Shown here in pieces: positions 1 to 12,167 of a stretch of DNA of 64,000 nucleotides (position 1 is its first letter; every line of letters begins with the position of its first letter). Made by a program: the position numbers and the translations under genes. Origin of the DNA: Malacoraja senta (taxonomy: Eukaryota); assembly GCA_038087875.1 (NCBI GenBank), contig JAXLNO010002127.1, positions 310,001 to 374,000 of the forward strand. Direction: 5' to 3'. The notes below the pieces were generated by a model. That model was not told the origin of the DNA, ran no database searches, and saw only the letters and a program-made list of their open reading frames with translations.

Positions 1-525
1 GTCTGAAGAAGAGTCCCGGCCTATCCACGTCCTCCAGAGATGCTGCCTGACCCGCCGAGTTACCCCAGCGCTCTGTGACCTGAGCTAGCCGTGGTTTATT
101 GCTTTGCAATCATTTGTTAAATGTTGGCCATTTAACAGATTCTATCCGCAGAAACTGAGTCAGTGCAGTGAATATTCTGACTCATCTCATCAGCCGGAGT
201 GGCAGCTCACATTGATCAAGCATCCTCAGTCTTTGAGTGGAGAGTTACAAATTTACACTACTCTTTGAAAGAAAACCTACTTGCTAATTTTGTATATTTT
301 GGAAGCTCTTCAAAAGATGCCTCCTTGACATTGATCCTGCGAAAGCAGGAATTGAAGCTATCTTTCAAATCTTTTCAAAAACCCTCCATAGAATTGAAGC
401 AAGATTCAAACAACCTCAGTACAACATCGGCAGAAGGAACTGCAAATGCTAGTTGAACCAAAAAAGATGCAAAGCGTTGGAGTAACTGAGCAAGTCAGGC
501 AGCATCTCTGGAGAACATGGAGAAG

Positions 526-960
526 TGTAGGAAAGAACTGCACATGCTGGTTTAAATGGAAGGTAGACACAAAATGCTGGAGTAACTCAGCGGGACAGGC
601 AGCACCTCAGGAGAGAAGGAATGGGTGATGTTTCGGGTCGAGACCCTGCTTCAGACTGATGTCAGGGGAGGGGGCGGGACAGAGGTAGAATGTAGTCGGA
701 GACAGTAAGGCTGATGGGAGAACTGGGAAGGGGGAGGGGATGGAGTGGGAGGGAAAGCAAGGGCTATTTGAAGTTAGAGAAGTCAATGTTCATACCGCTG
801 GGGTGTAAGCTGCCCGAGCGAAATATGCTGTTCCTCCAATTTGCGCTGGGCCTCACTCTGACAATGGAGGAGGCCCAGGACAGAGAGGTCAGATTGGGAA
901 TGGGAGGGGAGTTAAAATGCTGAGCAACCAGGAGATCAGGTAGGTTAAGGCGGACTGAGC
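526..960 (-). mobile_element. Penelope-like element 3' fragment (GIY-YIG endonuclease C-terminus plus pLTR with hammerhead motif)
   Basis: Minus strand encodes remnants ...LSVLGLLHCQSEAQRKLEEQH..FRSGSLHPSGMNIDFSNFK*, followed by the terminal repeat. Confidence 0.8.
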
Positions 961-994
961 GAATAGGTGACGTTTCAGGAAGGGTTTTGACCTT

Positions 995-1381
995 AAACGT
1001 CGCCTATCCATGTTCTCCACAGATGCTGCCTGACCCGCTGAGTCACTCCAGCACTCTGTGAAACATCACCTATCCATGTTCTCCACAGATGCTGCCTGAC
1101 CCGCTGAGTTACTCCAGTATTCTGTGAAACATCACCTATCCATGTTCTCCACAGATGCTGCCTGACCCGCTGAGTTACTCCAGTATTCTGTGAAACATCA
1201 CCTATCCATGTTCTCCACAGATGCTGCCTGTCCCACTGAGTTACTCCAGTATTCTGTGAAACATCACCTATCCATGTTCTCCACAGATGCTGCCTGACCC
1301 ACTGAGTTACTCCAGTATTCTGTGAAACATCACCTATCCATGTTCTCTCCAGAGATGCTGTCTGACCCACCCGCTGAGTTT
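995..1381 (+). repeat. Tandem array of a 66-bp unit (about 5.8 copies) derived from the Penelope terminal repeat
   Basis: Unit aaacatcacctatccatgttctccacagatgctgcctgacccgctgagttactccagtattctgtg starts at 995, 1061, 1127, 1193, 1259 and about 1326. Confidence 0.92.
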
Positions 1382-1416
1382 CGGGTCGAGACTCTACTTC
1401 AGACTCTGTCGTACCT

Positions 1417-1672
1417 AGCGCACCCATCTTCACCACTCATGTGCCCCCCTGGGGTGATATCCCTTCTCTTGTTTGAGGGGTGTCCCAACCAGACTCTGCC
1501 CCTCAATGCCCAGCTGTGGAGGGCCCTAGACTGTGGTCCTCCCCCACAGAGCCTTGGCGTTGGCTGCACCGAACTTCAGTGCGTCCCTCAGCACGTACTC
1601 CTGCAGTCTGGAGCGGGCCAGTCGGCAACATTCCCTGACGGACATCTCGCTCCGCTGGGAGTCCAACAAGGT
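1417..1672 (-). mobile_element. Tx1-like (L1 group) ORF2 C-terminal fragment and 3' UTR
   Basis: ...SVRECCRLARSRLQEYVLRDALKFGAANAKALWGRTTV* resembles the C-terminus of vertebrate Tx1-type ORF2 proteins. Confidence 0.6.
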
Positions 1673-2442
1673 TGGGGCAAATCCTTCCTGGGATTCTGTG
1701 GATGCGATTGGATCAATGATGTGCGTTGTGGCCTGTCTTCCTGCACTTTGTATTTCAATCCGCGCCCATGTAAAGGCTGGCATCTATGCACCTGTTTACT
1801 GCCCTTAATGAGTTGTGGCAGTCTTAACATTGAAATACATACAGTTCCCCACATGAGGTGATCAATACTATCACAATGAAGTCCATTTTCAACCTTAGCC
1901 CAAATTCTTCATAATGCCACAATGTAAAAACCTTTATAAAAATCTATTAAACTTAATTGGTGTATGTGAAGGCAACAAATATGAGCATTAAATCAGCACA
2001 CACTCTGCTGCTGAGTAGCGGGTAGAATTGAAAGCAGAATATCCTTCAATTTACTGCCTACATATCTATGCCCTTCATTCCCAATTATCTTTTCTGTTGT
2101 AGATTTCAGTCAGGGACACACCATCCTTTCATGTGAACCGGGAATCTCTCTTATTGGAATGTGGTACTATTTTGAGACTCGAAACGTCACCCATTCCTTC
2201 TTTCCAGAGATGCTGCCCGTCCCGCTGAGTTACTCCAGCTTTTTGTTTCTACGGTTTAAACCAGCACCTGCAGTTCCTTCTTCCACTGTTCTCTTCATCC
2301 TTTCCTGAACGGGTGTGGGAAAATATAATCCTGTGACAATGGTTCTCATTTACCGGCCCGAGACAGAATAAGCAGATTACCAGAATAAGATGACCATTTC
2401 TGGCCTTTGTCCAACTGTCTGCCAATAAGAAAATGCCCCCTT

Positions 2443-2867
2443 ACATAGAAACTTAGAAACATAGAAAATAGGTGCAGGAGTAGGCCCTTCATTCAATATG
2501 ATCATGGCTGATCATTCAACTCAGTATCCTGTACCTGCCTTCTCTCCATACCCCCCGATCCCTTTAGCCACAAGGGCCACATCTAACTCCCTCTTAAATA
2601 TAGCCAATGAACTGGCCTCAACTACTTTCTGTAGCAGAGAATTCCACAGATTCGCCACTCTCTGTGTGAATTTTTTTTTCTCATCTCGGTCGTAAAGACT
2701 TCCCCCTTATCCTTAAACTGTGACCCCTTGTTCTGGACTTCCCCAACATCGGGAACAATCTTCCTGCATCTAGCCTGTCCAACCCCTTAAGAATTTTGTA
2801 AGTTTCTATAAGATCCCCCCCTCAATCTTCTAAATTCCGGCGAGTACAAGCCGAGTCTATCCAGTCT
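2443..2867 (-). mobile_element. CR1 (HER1-like) LINE 3' fragment
   Basis: (tttctatg)n tail, stem-loop 3' UTR and FTQRVANLWNSL-type ORF2 end. Nearly identical to the copy at 41226-41768. Confidence 0.85.
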
Positions 2868-2886
2868 GTAATCACCTGTCACTTAA

Positions 2887-3355
2887 GATAGACACTAAAT
2901 AATGGAGTAACTCAGCGGGACATGCAGCATCTCTGCGTGATGTTTCGGGTCGACACCCTTCTTCAGACTGAGAGTCAGGGGAGAGGGAGATACAGAGATA
3001 AGGATGACGACGAAATATCAAAAGAGATGGAGATCAAGGCAAATGTAGAATAGATCAGCAAGGAGAATAGAGTAGAATAGTGAGGAGAAGGTAACAACAA
3101 AGCAAACAGAGATAAAATGTAAACAGGGGGACAGTCAGACTGGTCGGAGAGTTAGGATGGGGAGGAGTGAGGGAAAGCAAGGGTTACTTGAAGTTAGGGA
3201 AGTCAATGTTCATACCGCTGGGCTGTAAGCTGCCCGAGCGAGATATGAGGCGCTGTTCCTCCAATTTGCGCTGGGCCTCACTCTGACAATGGAGGAGGCC
3301 CAGGACAGAAAGGTCAGTGTGGGAATGGGAGGGGGAGTTAAAGCGTTTAGCAACC
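2887..3355 (-). mobile_element. Penelope-like element 3' fragment
   Basis: KLEEQRLISRSGSLQPSGMNIDFPNFK*-type endonuclease end plus pLTR. Confidence 0.8.
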
Positions 3356-3364
3356 TGTTACTTG

Positions 3365-3790
3365 TCAAGTCAAGTCAAGTTCATTCGTCACATACACATA
3401 CGAGATGTGCAGTGAAATGAAAGTGGCAATGCTCGCGAATTGTGCAAAAAAAACAAACAAACTACAAACAGAATGGAACAGAATCACATATTCACATATT
3501 ACATATTTGTGGGAGGGAAGAAAAAGAAAAAAAAACAGCAATTTAAAAAAGACACCTCACAACAGTAGAATGGTACAATAAAGTTAGTCCCTGGAGAGAT
3601 TAGGAGTCCTAATGGCCTCTGGGAAGAAACTCCTTCTCATCCTCTCCGTTCTCACAGCATGGCAACGGAGGCGTTTGCCTGATCGTAGCAGCTGGAACAG
3701 TCCGTTGCAGGGATGGAAGGGGTCTCCCATGATCTTGTTGGCTCTGGATCTGCACCTTCTGATGTATAGTTCCTGCAGGGGGGCGAGTGC
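3365..3790 (-). mobile_element. Rex1/Babar LINE 3' fragment
   Basis: LQELYIRRCRSRANKIMGDPFHPCNGLFQLLRSGKRLR...RMRRSFFPEAIR is the typical Rex/Babar ORF end. (ttgac)n tail. Confidence 0.8.
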
Positions 3791-3991
3791 CAGGCTTTGT
3801 TCGGCCCCCACCTCTATTCCAGCTTTCTCCACCACCAGTCAGTCTGAAGAAGGGTCCCAACCCAAATCGTCACCTGCCCATGTTCTCCAGAGGTGCTGCC
3901 TGACCCGCTGAGTAACTCCAGCACTCTGTGTGTGGACGTGTTGAAAGTCTCTGCTATCATTGCCTACTTTGCCACGATGCACAACTTGTGA

Positions 3992-4237
<246 letters not shown>

Positions 4238-4309
4238 TGAGCGTCTCTGTGGCACAGTGCCTCACAGCGCCAGAGGCATGGGTTCGATCCTGACCTTGAT
4301 GCTGTTTAT

Positions 4310-4476
4310 GCTGGAGAAACTCAGGCGGTGAGGTAGCATCTATGGAGCAAAGGAATAGGCAACGTTTCGGGTCGACACCATTCCTTCGCTCCATAGATGC
4401 TGCCTCACCCGCTGAGTTTCTCCAGCATTATTGTCTACCTTCGATTTGTCCAGCATCTGCAGCTCTTTCTTAAACA
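4310..4476 (+). mobile_element. Palindromic Penelope-derived mini-element inserted into an HE1 SINE
   Basis: Inverted arms. 14-bp direct repeat ttgatgctgtttat at 4296-4309 and 4477-4490. Confidence 0.8.
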
Positions 4477-4683
4477 TTGATGCTGTTTATAATCAGTTTA
4501 GTCTATTATCAAGTCTACCGAGGTACAGTGAAAAGCTTTTTGTTGCTTGCCATCCAGTCAGCGAAAAGACAACACACGGTTACATTCGAGTTGTCCACAG
4601 TTTGCAGATACAGTGTGGAGTTTGCACATTCTCCCTGTGACAGCGTGGGTTTCCGCCCGGTGCTCTGGTTTCCTCCCACATAT

Positions 4684-5620
4684 ACAATAGACAATAGGCG
4701 CAGGAGTAGGCCATTCGGCCCTTCGAGCCAGCACCGCCATTCAATGTGATCATGGCTGATCGTCCCCAATCAGTACCCCGTTCCTGCCTTCTCCCCAGAT
4801 TCCCTGACTCCGCTATCTTTAAGAGACCTATCTAGCTCTCTCTTGAAAGTATCCAGAGAACCTGCCTCCACCGCCCTCTGAGGCAGAGAATTCCACAGAC
4901 TCACCACTCTCTGTGAGAAAAAGTGTTTCCTCGTCTCCGTCCTAAATGGCTTACCCCTTATTTTTAAACTGTGGCCCCTGGTTCTGGACTCCCCCAACAT
5001 CGGGAACATGTTTCCTGCCTCTAGTGTGTCCAAACCCTTAACAATCTTATATGTTTCAATGATATGCCCTCTCATCCTTCTAAATTCCAGAGTGTACAAG
5101 CCCAGCGACTTTGAGTCCTGAAAAGCGCTATATAAAAATAAAAATAAAATGTATTATTATTATTCTCTCAGCATATGACAGTCCCGCCATCCCGGGAATT
5201 AACCTTGTAAACCTACGCTGCACTCCCTCAATAGCAAGAATGTCCTTCCTCAAATTAGGGGACCAAAACTGCACACAATACTCCAGGTGTGGTCTCACTA
5301 GGGCCCTGTACAACTGCAGAAGGACATCTTTGCTCCTATACTCGACTCCTCTTGTTATAAAGGCCAACATGCCATTCGCTTTCTTCACTGCCTGCTGTAC
5401 CTGCATGCTTACTTTCATAGACTGATGAGCAAGGACCCTCAGATCCCGTTGCACTTCCCCTTTTCCCAACTTGACGCCATTTAGATAGTAATCTGCCTTC
5501 CTGTTTTTGATACCAAAGTGGACAACCTCACATTTATCCACATTAAACTTCATCTGCCATGCATCTGCCCACTCCCCCAACCTGTCCAAGTCATCCTGCA
5601 TTCTCATAGCATCCTCCTCA
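4684..5620 (-). mobile_element. CR1 LINE 3' fragment, interrupted by a short L2-like tail (about 5107-5164)
   Basis: MQDDLDRLGEWADAWQMKFNVDKCEVVHFG...LYRALVRPHLEYCVQFWSP...QRVVSLWNSLP. (ctattgt)n tail. Confidence 0.92.
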
Positions 5621-7551
5621 CATCCCAAAGACGCGCGGGTATGTAGGTGAATTGGCCTCTGTAAAGTGCCCCTTGTGTGTAGGGAGTGGATGAGAAAGTG
5701 GGAGAGCATGAACTAGTGTGTACGGGTGATCAGCGGTCGGTGTGGTCTCGGTGGGCCGAAGGGCTTGTTTCCACGCTGTAACCCTAATACTAAATCTTGA
5801 ATAAAGCTGTCTTAATGCAAGGATTTTGAGTAAGCAAAAAATTGTAGAGTACAGATTTAACATTTTAAGTACAGATTTACCATTCAGTACCCCAGCTTCC
5901 TATTGAACAAAATTCTTAAAAGTGACAGATTTCCAGATACACGAGCTCCAAGTATTGTGAACTCATATTTTTGAGAAAGGCTGCACAACAAATCATTCTC
6001 CTAAAGCTGAATAAATTTTGAATGCTCACACGTGCCTTCTTCTAAATGCCGTCTCTGTTCTCTTTGGTGTTTGGCGATTTATTGCACAAACCAGGTCAAC
6101 ACCTCAAGTCCGCGGATGAATCCAGGCTCGAAACTGAGGTTGAAGTCTAGGTTTATTATTGTCACGTGTACCGAGGTACAGGGAAAAGCTTTTGTCTGAG
6201 CACTATCCAGTTCAGCTTTGTGGTGAGAGGGGGAAAGTTTAAAGGAGATATACAGGGCAAGGACTTTCCACAGAGGGTGGTGGGTGCCTGGAACGCACAG
6301 CCAGGGGTGGTGGTGGTGGAGGCAAATACGATAGTGGTGTTTAAGTGGCTTTTGGATAGGCACGTGGATATGCAGGGAATGAAGTGCAGAGGGGTGAGAT
6401 TAGTTTAACGTAGCATCATGTTCGGCACCGACACCGTGGACCAAAGGGGCTTGTTGGATGTGCATCCTGTGGATGTGGATGTGGTATTTAACATACCTGG
6501 TGAATGGTAAAAATGGAGCTCACCACCACCGTGGAATTTCAGTTTCGAATCGACAATAAATGATGGCCTTGCCATGGATTCACACATCCCAGAGATAAAC
6601 TCAAAATTCCCACTTTAATAGATCGATTTATGATGAGTGTGAATACCATGTAACCCGGTATACTGTGTGCCCCAATCGTTAGTATGCCATTTATATTTTG
6701 CTTCTTATCATGTTGCAAGCAGTTTCGTTTCAGATTCTGTGGTTAGTGTGAACACCAGAAGCTAAAGCAATCCCTTTTATTTCTGGTGCGGAGTTACTCC
6801 AGCACTTTGTGTTTCTTTTCCCCCTTTTATTTCATAGGATCATGGCGTATAGGAGCAGATTTAGGCTCTTCGGCCCATCGAGCCTGTTCTGCCATTCGAT
6901 CAGAGCTGATCTATTTTCCCTTCTCAATCTTATTCTCCTGCCTTTCTCCCCTTAGCCTTTCATCCCCTTACTAATCAAGAACCTATCAATCTCCGCTTTA
7001 AACATACTCAATGACTTGGCCTCCACTGCCGTCTGTGGCAATGGATTCCACACAGATCTGCCACCCTCTGGCTAAAGAAATTCCTCCTCATCAATATTCT
7101 GAAGGTACGTCCTCGGCCCTCAGGTCCTAAACTCCCGACTACTGGAAACATTCTCTCCCCATCCACCATGTGGGCCACGTGAGCTCTGGAAGGGAATGTG
7201 CAAACTATTTTTATACAGCATTTAAAATGTTCTGTTCAAGTGGTCAATTCTCATTATGAGCCTCAAAACAGAGGGACTTCCAACAAAGCACAAAGTGCTG
7301 GAGTAACTCAGCAGGTCAGTCAGCATCCCTGGAGAACATGGGTACGTGGCAGCTGACAACCCAGTGGATAGACACAAAAAGCTGGAGTAACTCAGCGGGA
7401 CAGGCAGCATCTCTGGAGAGAAGGAATGGGTGACATTTCGGGACAAGACCCTTCTTCAGACTCACTCGAAACGTCACCCATTCCTTCTCTCCAGAGATGC
7501 TGCCTCTCCCCCTGAGTTACTCCAGCTTTTTGTGTCTATCTTTGGTTTAAA

Positions 7552-7954
7552 CCAAAGATCCTATAGCGGAGCAAGATAGACCACTCCTGCTAAATGCAAT
7601 GGGCTGACGTGTAGTACGCAACGGAGCGGAACGTGGGCCTTTTTTTCATCCATTTCCGTAATCGGAACCGACCCGACCCGACTCGCATGTGTAATCAACG
7701 TTGCAGGGGAACGGTTTGTGTCAATAAATTAAAATTCTGAAAATGAGGAGAAGATTTTTACCAAATAACTTTTATTTTTACGAGGATGTTTCCATAACCG
7801 GCTTCCGTCTCCGCACTAGTATCCTATGGGGTCTTTGGTGCGGAGACGGAAGCCGGTTACGGAAATGGGGCCTTAAATTACCCATGAATCTGCCCATGAC
7901 CGTACTACGTCTTTTTCGTCAAGTGGACTATCTTGCTCGCTATAGGATCTTTGG
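7552..7954. mobile_element. 403-bp MITE (non-autonomous DNA transposon), TIR CCAAAGATCCTATAGCG..., TSD TTTAAA; superfamily not assigned
   Basis: About 34-bp imperfect terminal inverted repeats. TTTAAA is duplicated on both sides, inside a Penelope repeat whose intact copies carry a single ggTTTAAAcc. Confidence 0.85.
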
Positions 7955-9072
7955 TTTAAACCAGCTCCTGCAGTTCCTTTTTACAACCCAGTGGTATGAA
8001 TATTGATTTCTCTAAATTCAAGTAGCCCCGGCATTCCCTCTCTCTCCATCCCTCCCCCACCCAAGTCGCAGCAGCTTCTCGTTTTCACCCAACAAACAAT
8101 GGCCTTTATCGTCTTTACTTTTTTGCATATCTTTCATTCATTGTTCTATCTCTCTCTTGTCTACATCTCTCGTTTCCCTTTCCCATGACTTTCAGTCTGA
8201 AGAATCTTCTCGACCCGAAACGTCACCCATTCCTTCCCTCCGGAGATGCTGCCTGTCCCGCTGAGTTACTCCAGCTTCTTAGGTCTGTCTTCGGTTTAAA
8301 CCAGCACCTGCAGCTCCTTGTGCAGGAAAGAACTGCAGATGCTGGTTTCAATCGAAGGTTGAGACAAACTGCTGGAGTAACTCAGCGGGACAGGCGGCAT
8401 CTCTGGAGAGAAGGAATGGGCGACATTTCGGGTCGAGGCCCTTCTTCAGACTGATGTTCAGTTCCTTCCTGCACATGGGTAGGTGACATTTTGGGTGAGT
8501 CTAAAGAGGGGTCCCGACCTGAAACGTCACCTATCCATGTTCTCTGGGGATGCTGCCCGACCCTCCGAGTTACTCCAGCACTTTGTGTCTTCATCTGCAT
8601 TGCCGGCAGCTTACATGTTGGCATTCAGACAGTTCTGACTGCTCCAGTTATCTTGGCAGAAGCAGCTGTGTTTACTGGCTGCTTCACTCCTCGTTAAAAT
8701 GCATTGACTGCAATAACAAACAGAAGTAAATAACACCTCATTACTAAATTGTCTTTGGTGTAAAGCCCTCAGCTTTGTGACTGATTCCTGGATCACATGC
8801 AGATTTATGAATGGCCTCTGATTTTCAGGAGACATTTGTTCAGGTCGAGATTGGTCATTCAACAGTGTTGCAGAAAGAGTTCTCTGGTCTAACAACGGGG
8901 AAAGGCAGGACAGAAAATGTTTGACATTCTGCTGACTTGAAAGGGCGGCACAGTGGCACAGCTGGTCGACCTGCTGCCGCACAGTGCCAGCCAGGGACCT
9001 GGGTTTGATTCTGGACTCGTGTGCTATTTGTGCGGAGTTTGCACGTTCTCCCTGAAGGATCTTCTTCTGAAG

Positions 9073-10815
9073 AAGGGGTAAGCCATTTAGAACGGAGATG
9101 AGAAAACACTTTTTCACATGGAGTGTTGTGAGTGTGGAATTCGCTGCCTCAGAAGGCGGTGGAGGCCGGCTCTCTGGATGCTTTCTTTTTATTAAATTTA
9201 ATTTAATTTATTTTTTTATTAGAAGTAAGTACAATTGTATACACTCATATTTTCATAATACATTTTATGTACAACTTCTTTTTTTTAATTTTGTTATAAT
9301 AAAGAAGAAAAAGAAAAAGAAATTAGATAATGAAGTATAGAAAAATGTGAGATATATAGTGTGTGGAAAAGAAAAATAGAAAGTGAAAGAAGAAGTTAAA
9401 GAATTAAAAAAAAAAAAAAAAAAGAGAATAGAAGAAAAAAAAGAAAGGAAGAAAAAGAAAAAAGAACTCAGGAGATCTTATTTATAAACTTGACCATCCC
9501 TCGCCCAGTCACGAGTTAGCTTTTACAATTGTGTTGCACCATATGATTCCAAAAAGACGACAAATGGAGACCAACTCGTTGTGAATTGGTCAAATTTATC
9601 TATTAGGAGAAATTCTTCAAGATGTGCGGTGTCCAACATACTTACAATCCACATTTTGAGCATTGGTATGAGTGTATTTTTCCAAAATTTAAGTATTAAT
9701 TTTTTTGCTATTATTAAACCATAATTTAAAAATAATTTTTGAGATGGATTCAATTTATTCCCATCTTCCATTACCCCAAATATAATCAATTCATTATTAG
9801 GTTCCATTTTTATCTTAAATAATTTTGTGAATATTTCGAAAATATCACTCCAAAATCTATAGAGTTTCATACAGGAAACAAAAGAGTGTGTTATAGTTGC
9901 ATCTTGGGTTAAACATTTATCACAAATGGGGGATATATTTGGGTAGAATTTATTTAATCCCGAATTTTCTGTATTATTATTGGCCAATACATATTAAGAA
10001 TATAATTTATTGGTTGGATAGTTCTACTCAACAGACAGAATGGATAAAAATGGAGAAAGAGGATTGTTTTCCTTGTAACATAGGAACGATCCTCTTCGCC
10101 CCGAAAAAAATGAACAATACAATATATAAGAATAACCCAATTATACAGGATACAATAAGAATATGGAAACAAATAAAATTATCCTTAAGATTAAGAAACC
10201 TTTCATTGTTAACACCAATAGCGAATAATCCTTTATTTAAACCATCTCTAAATGGACAAAATATATAATCAATGGGAAAGTTTAGGAATTAAAAGGATCG
10301 GGGATATGTATGAAATGGGAGATTTATTATCATTTCAACAATTACAATTAAAATTTAAATTGAAAAATAATCACTATTTTAAATATCTCCAGATTTGCGA
10401 TTTCTTGAAGACATACATACAAGGATATTAAAAAATAACTCCTGATTTATTGGAAGAAGTAATGAATATTAAAGCTGATACACAAAAATTAATATCATAT
10501 TTATATAATAGTATTTTAAATATATACCTACCAGCGACAGAGGTACTTAGAGAAGAGTGGGAACGGGAATTAATGATAAAAATTACGAAGGTTACATGGG
10601 AAAAGTAATTGACACACATTCACAAATGTTCGATTAATGGATGCTTTCAAGAGAGAGTTAGACAGAGCTCTTAAAGATAGCGGAGTCAAGGGATATGGGG
10701 GAGAAGGCAGGAACAGGGTACTGATTGTGGATGATCAGCCATGATCACAGTGAATGGCGGTGCTGGCTCGAAGGGCCGAATGGCCTACTCCTGCACCTAT
10801 TGTCTATTGTCTATT
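9073..10815 (+). mobile_element. CR1 3' fragment split by the L1 insertion (9073-9185 and 10638-10815)
   Basis: The halves join seamlessly when the L1 and one TSD copy are removed, and match the CR1 copy at 28131-28560. Confidence 0.85.
9186..10637 (-). mobile_element. L1 LINE 3' fragment with 5' inversion, inserted into a CR1 copy
   Basis: 9186-about 9957 on the - strand: LNKFYPNISPICDKC...HSFVSC (CCHC) through stop, 3' UTR and AATAAA. About 9958-10637 on the + strand: PNFLYYYW...WKQIK...HKCSIN. TSD TGGATGCTTTC at 9175-9185 and 10638-10648. Confidence 0.88.
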
Positions 10816-11472
10816 TGTTCTTTGTACCTACTCATACCCCCAGTTTCCTTCTCAGGCTGAAGGAAGGGTCTTGACCTGAAACATCGCCTATTCCTTCTCT
10901 CCAGAGATGCTGCCTGACCCGCTGAGTTGCTCCGGTATTTAGTGTCAATCCAAGGAGAGACTGGCTTTGTTTTGCTGGAGGCAGAAGCCACTGCCAACAT
11001 GAAGGGATTAAAGCTCTACTAATACAATTCAGCAACAAAGGCAATTTTTTTGGCATTCTTTTAGCAAAGTCTTTGTTTAGCTTTTGGCTGGTTGCGCAGA
11101 GCACACTGAGTCTGTCATTAGGAAATATTACACCCTGCACTCAGTGCAATGCTCAAAGTGCTGGAAGAACTCAGCGGGTTGAGGCAGCATCTGTGGAGCG
11201 ATAGGCAAGCGACGCTTCGGGTCGGGACCCTTCTTCAGACCGTTCGTCAGACAGTATCATTCCCTCCGCAGATGTTGCCTGACCCACTGAGTTCCTCCAG
11301 CACTTCGTGGTTTTCCCAAGATTCCAACACCTGCAGTTCCTAGTGTGTCTTCATTGCAATAATGAACAAGTTGAGGCTGGTCACACGAGAGCACTGTTTG
11401 AATGAATCATCCAACAAGTTCATGATTAAATTAGAGCTGTCTCGGCTACAACTCGATGCTCACAGTAAAGAA

Positions 11473-11750
11473 CTTTAGAGATACAGTGTGGGAACAGGCC
11501 CTTTGAGTCCGTGCCAACCAGTAATCACCCCATACACTAACCTACACAGACTAGGGACAATTTTACAACTTATCAAAGCCGATTAACCAACAAACCTGTA
11601 CATCGTTGGAGTGTGGGAGAAAAACGGAGCATCTGGAGAAAACCCACGGGGAGTACGCTCAGCCTCAGTACAGGCAGCACCCGTGGTCAGGATCGAACCC
11701 GGGTCTCTGGAGCTGTGAGGCAGCAACTCTGCCGCTGCGCCAACGTGCCA
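11473..11750 (-). mobile_element. HE1-type V-SINE
   Basis: Reverse-complement match to the copy at 12168-12486. Confidence 0.8.
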
Positions 11751-11898
11751 AACAAAATTAACTTCCACTAATTCCTATTTTCATCAAAGACTAAATGGCC
11801 CAAAATGTGACATATATTTCAGCCAAAACAGGAAGTTTGTTGAGTACGTGGGGGAAAACCTGCCTTCACCAACAGGCTATGTGGTTTGTTTCTTCCAG

Positions 11899-11972
11899 GA
11901 TGAAAAGGCGGAGGGATTCATCAGCCTGCCAGAGTTCAGGATCGACAGAGCAATTGAATGCAGACGGAAATA
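11899..11972 (+). CDS. CNKSR2: CNKSR2-like PH-domain exon DEKAEGFISLPEFRIDRAIECRRK(Y)
   Basis: ttcttccag|GAT...AAATA|gtaagt. Phase 0 in, phase 2 out. Continues the previous exon in frame; this frame is not in the ORF track. Confidence 0.93.
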
Positions 11973-12167
11973 GTAAGTGTTGACCTGAAAGCTGAATTGC
12001 AATATTTGTAAAAAGATGAACTCTGTAAACCAAGGACATTGTTGACATTGAGTAACTCAGCGGGTCTGACAGCATCTGTGGAGGGAATCGGACAGGCTAC
12101 GTTTCGGGTGGGGGGCCCTTCTTCAGACTGATTGTAGAAGGGGGGAAAAAGCTGGAAAAAAAAGGTT

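Noticed and set aside
199-456. Possible upstream CNKSR exon or small gene
   Set aside because: No similarity to the expected upstream CNKSR2 sequence and no convincing splice pair. The 3' end runs into a repeat.
995-1381. CRISPR-like array or 22-aa repeat protein (ORF 993..1436)
   Set aside because: The units are contiguous with no unique spacers, the context is eukaryotic, and the ORF arises only because the unit length is a multiple of three.
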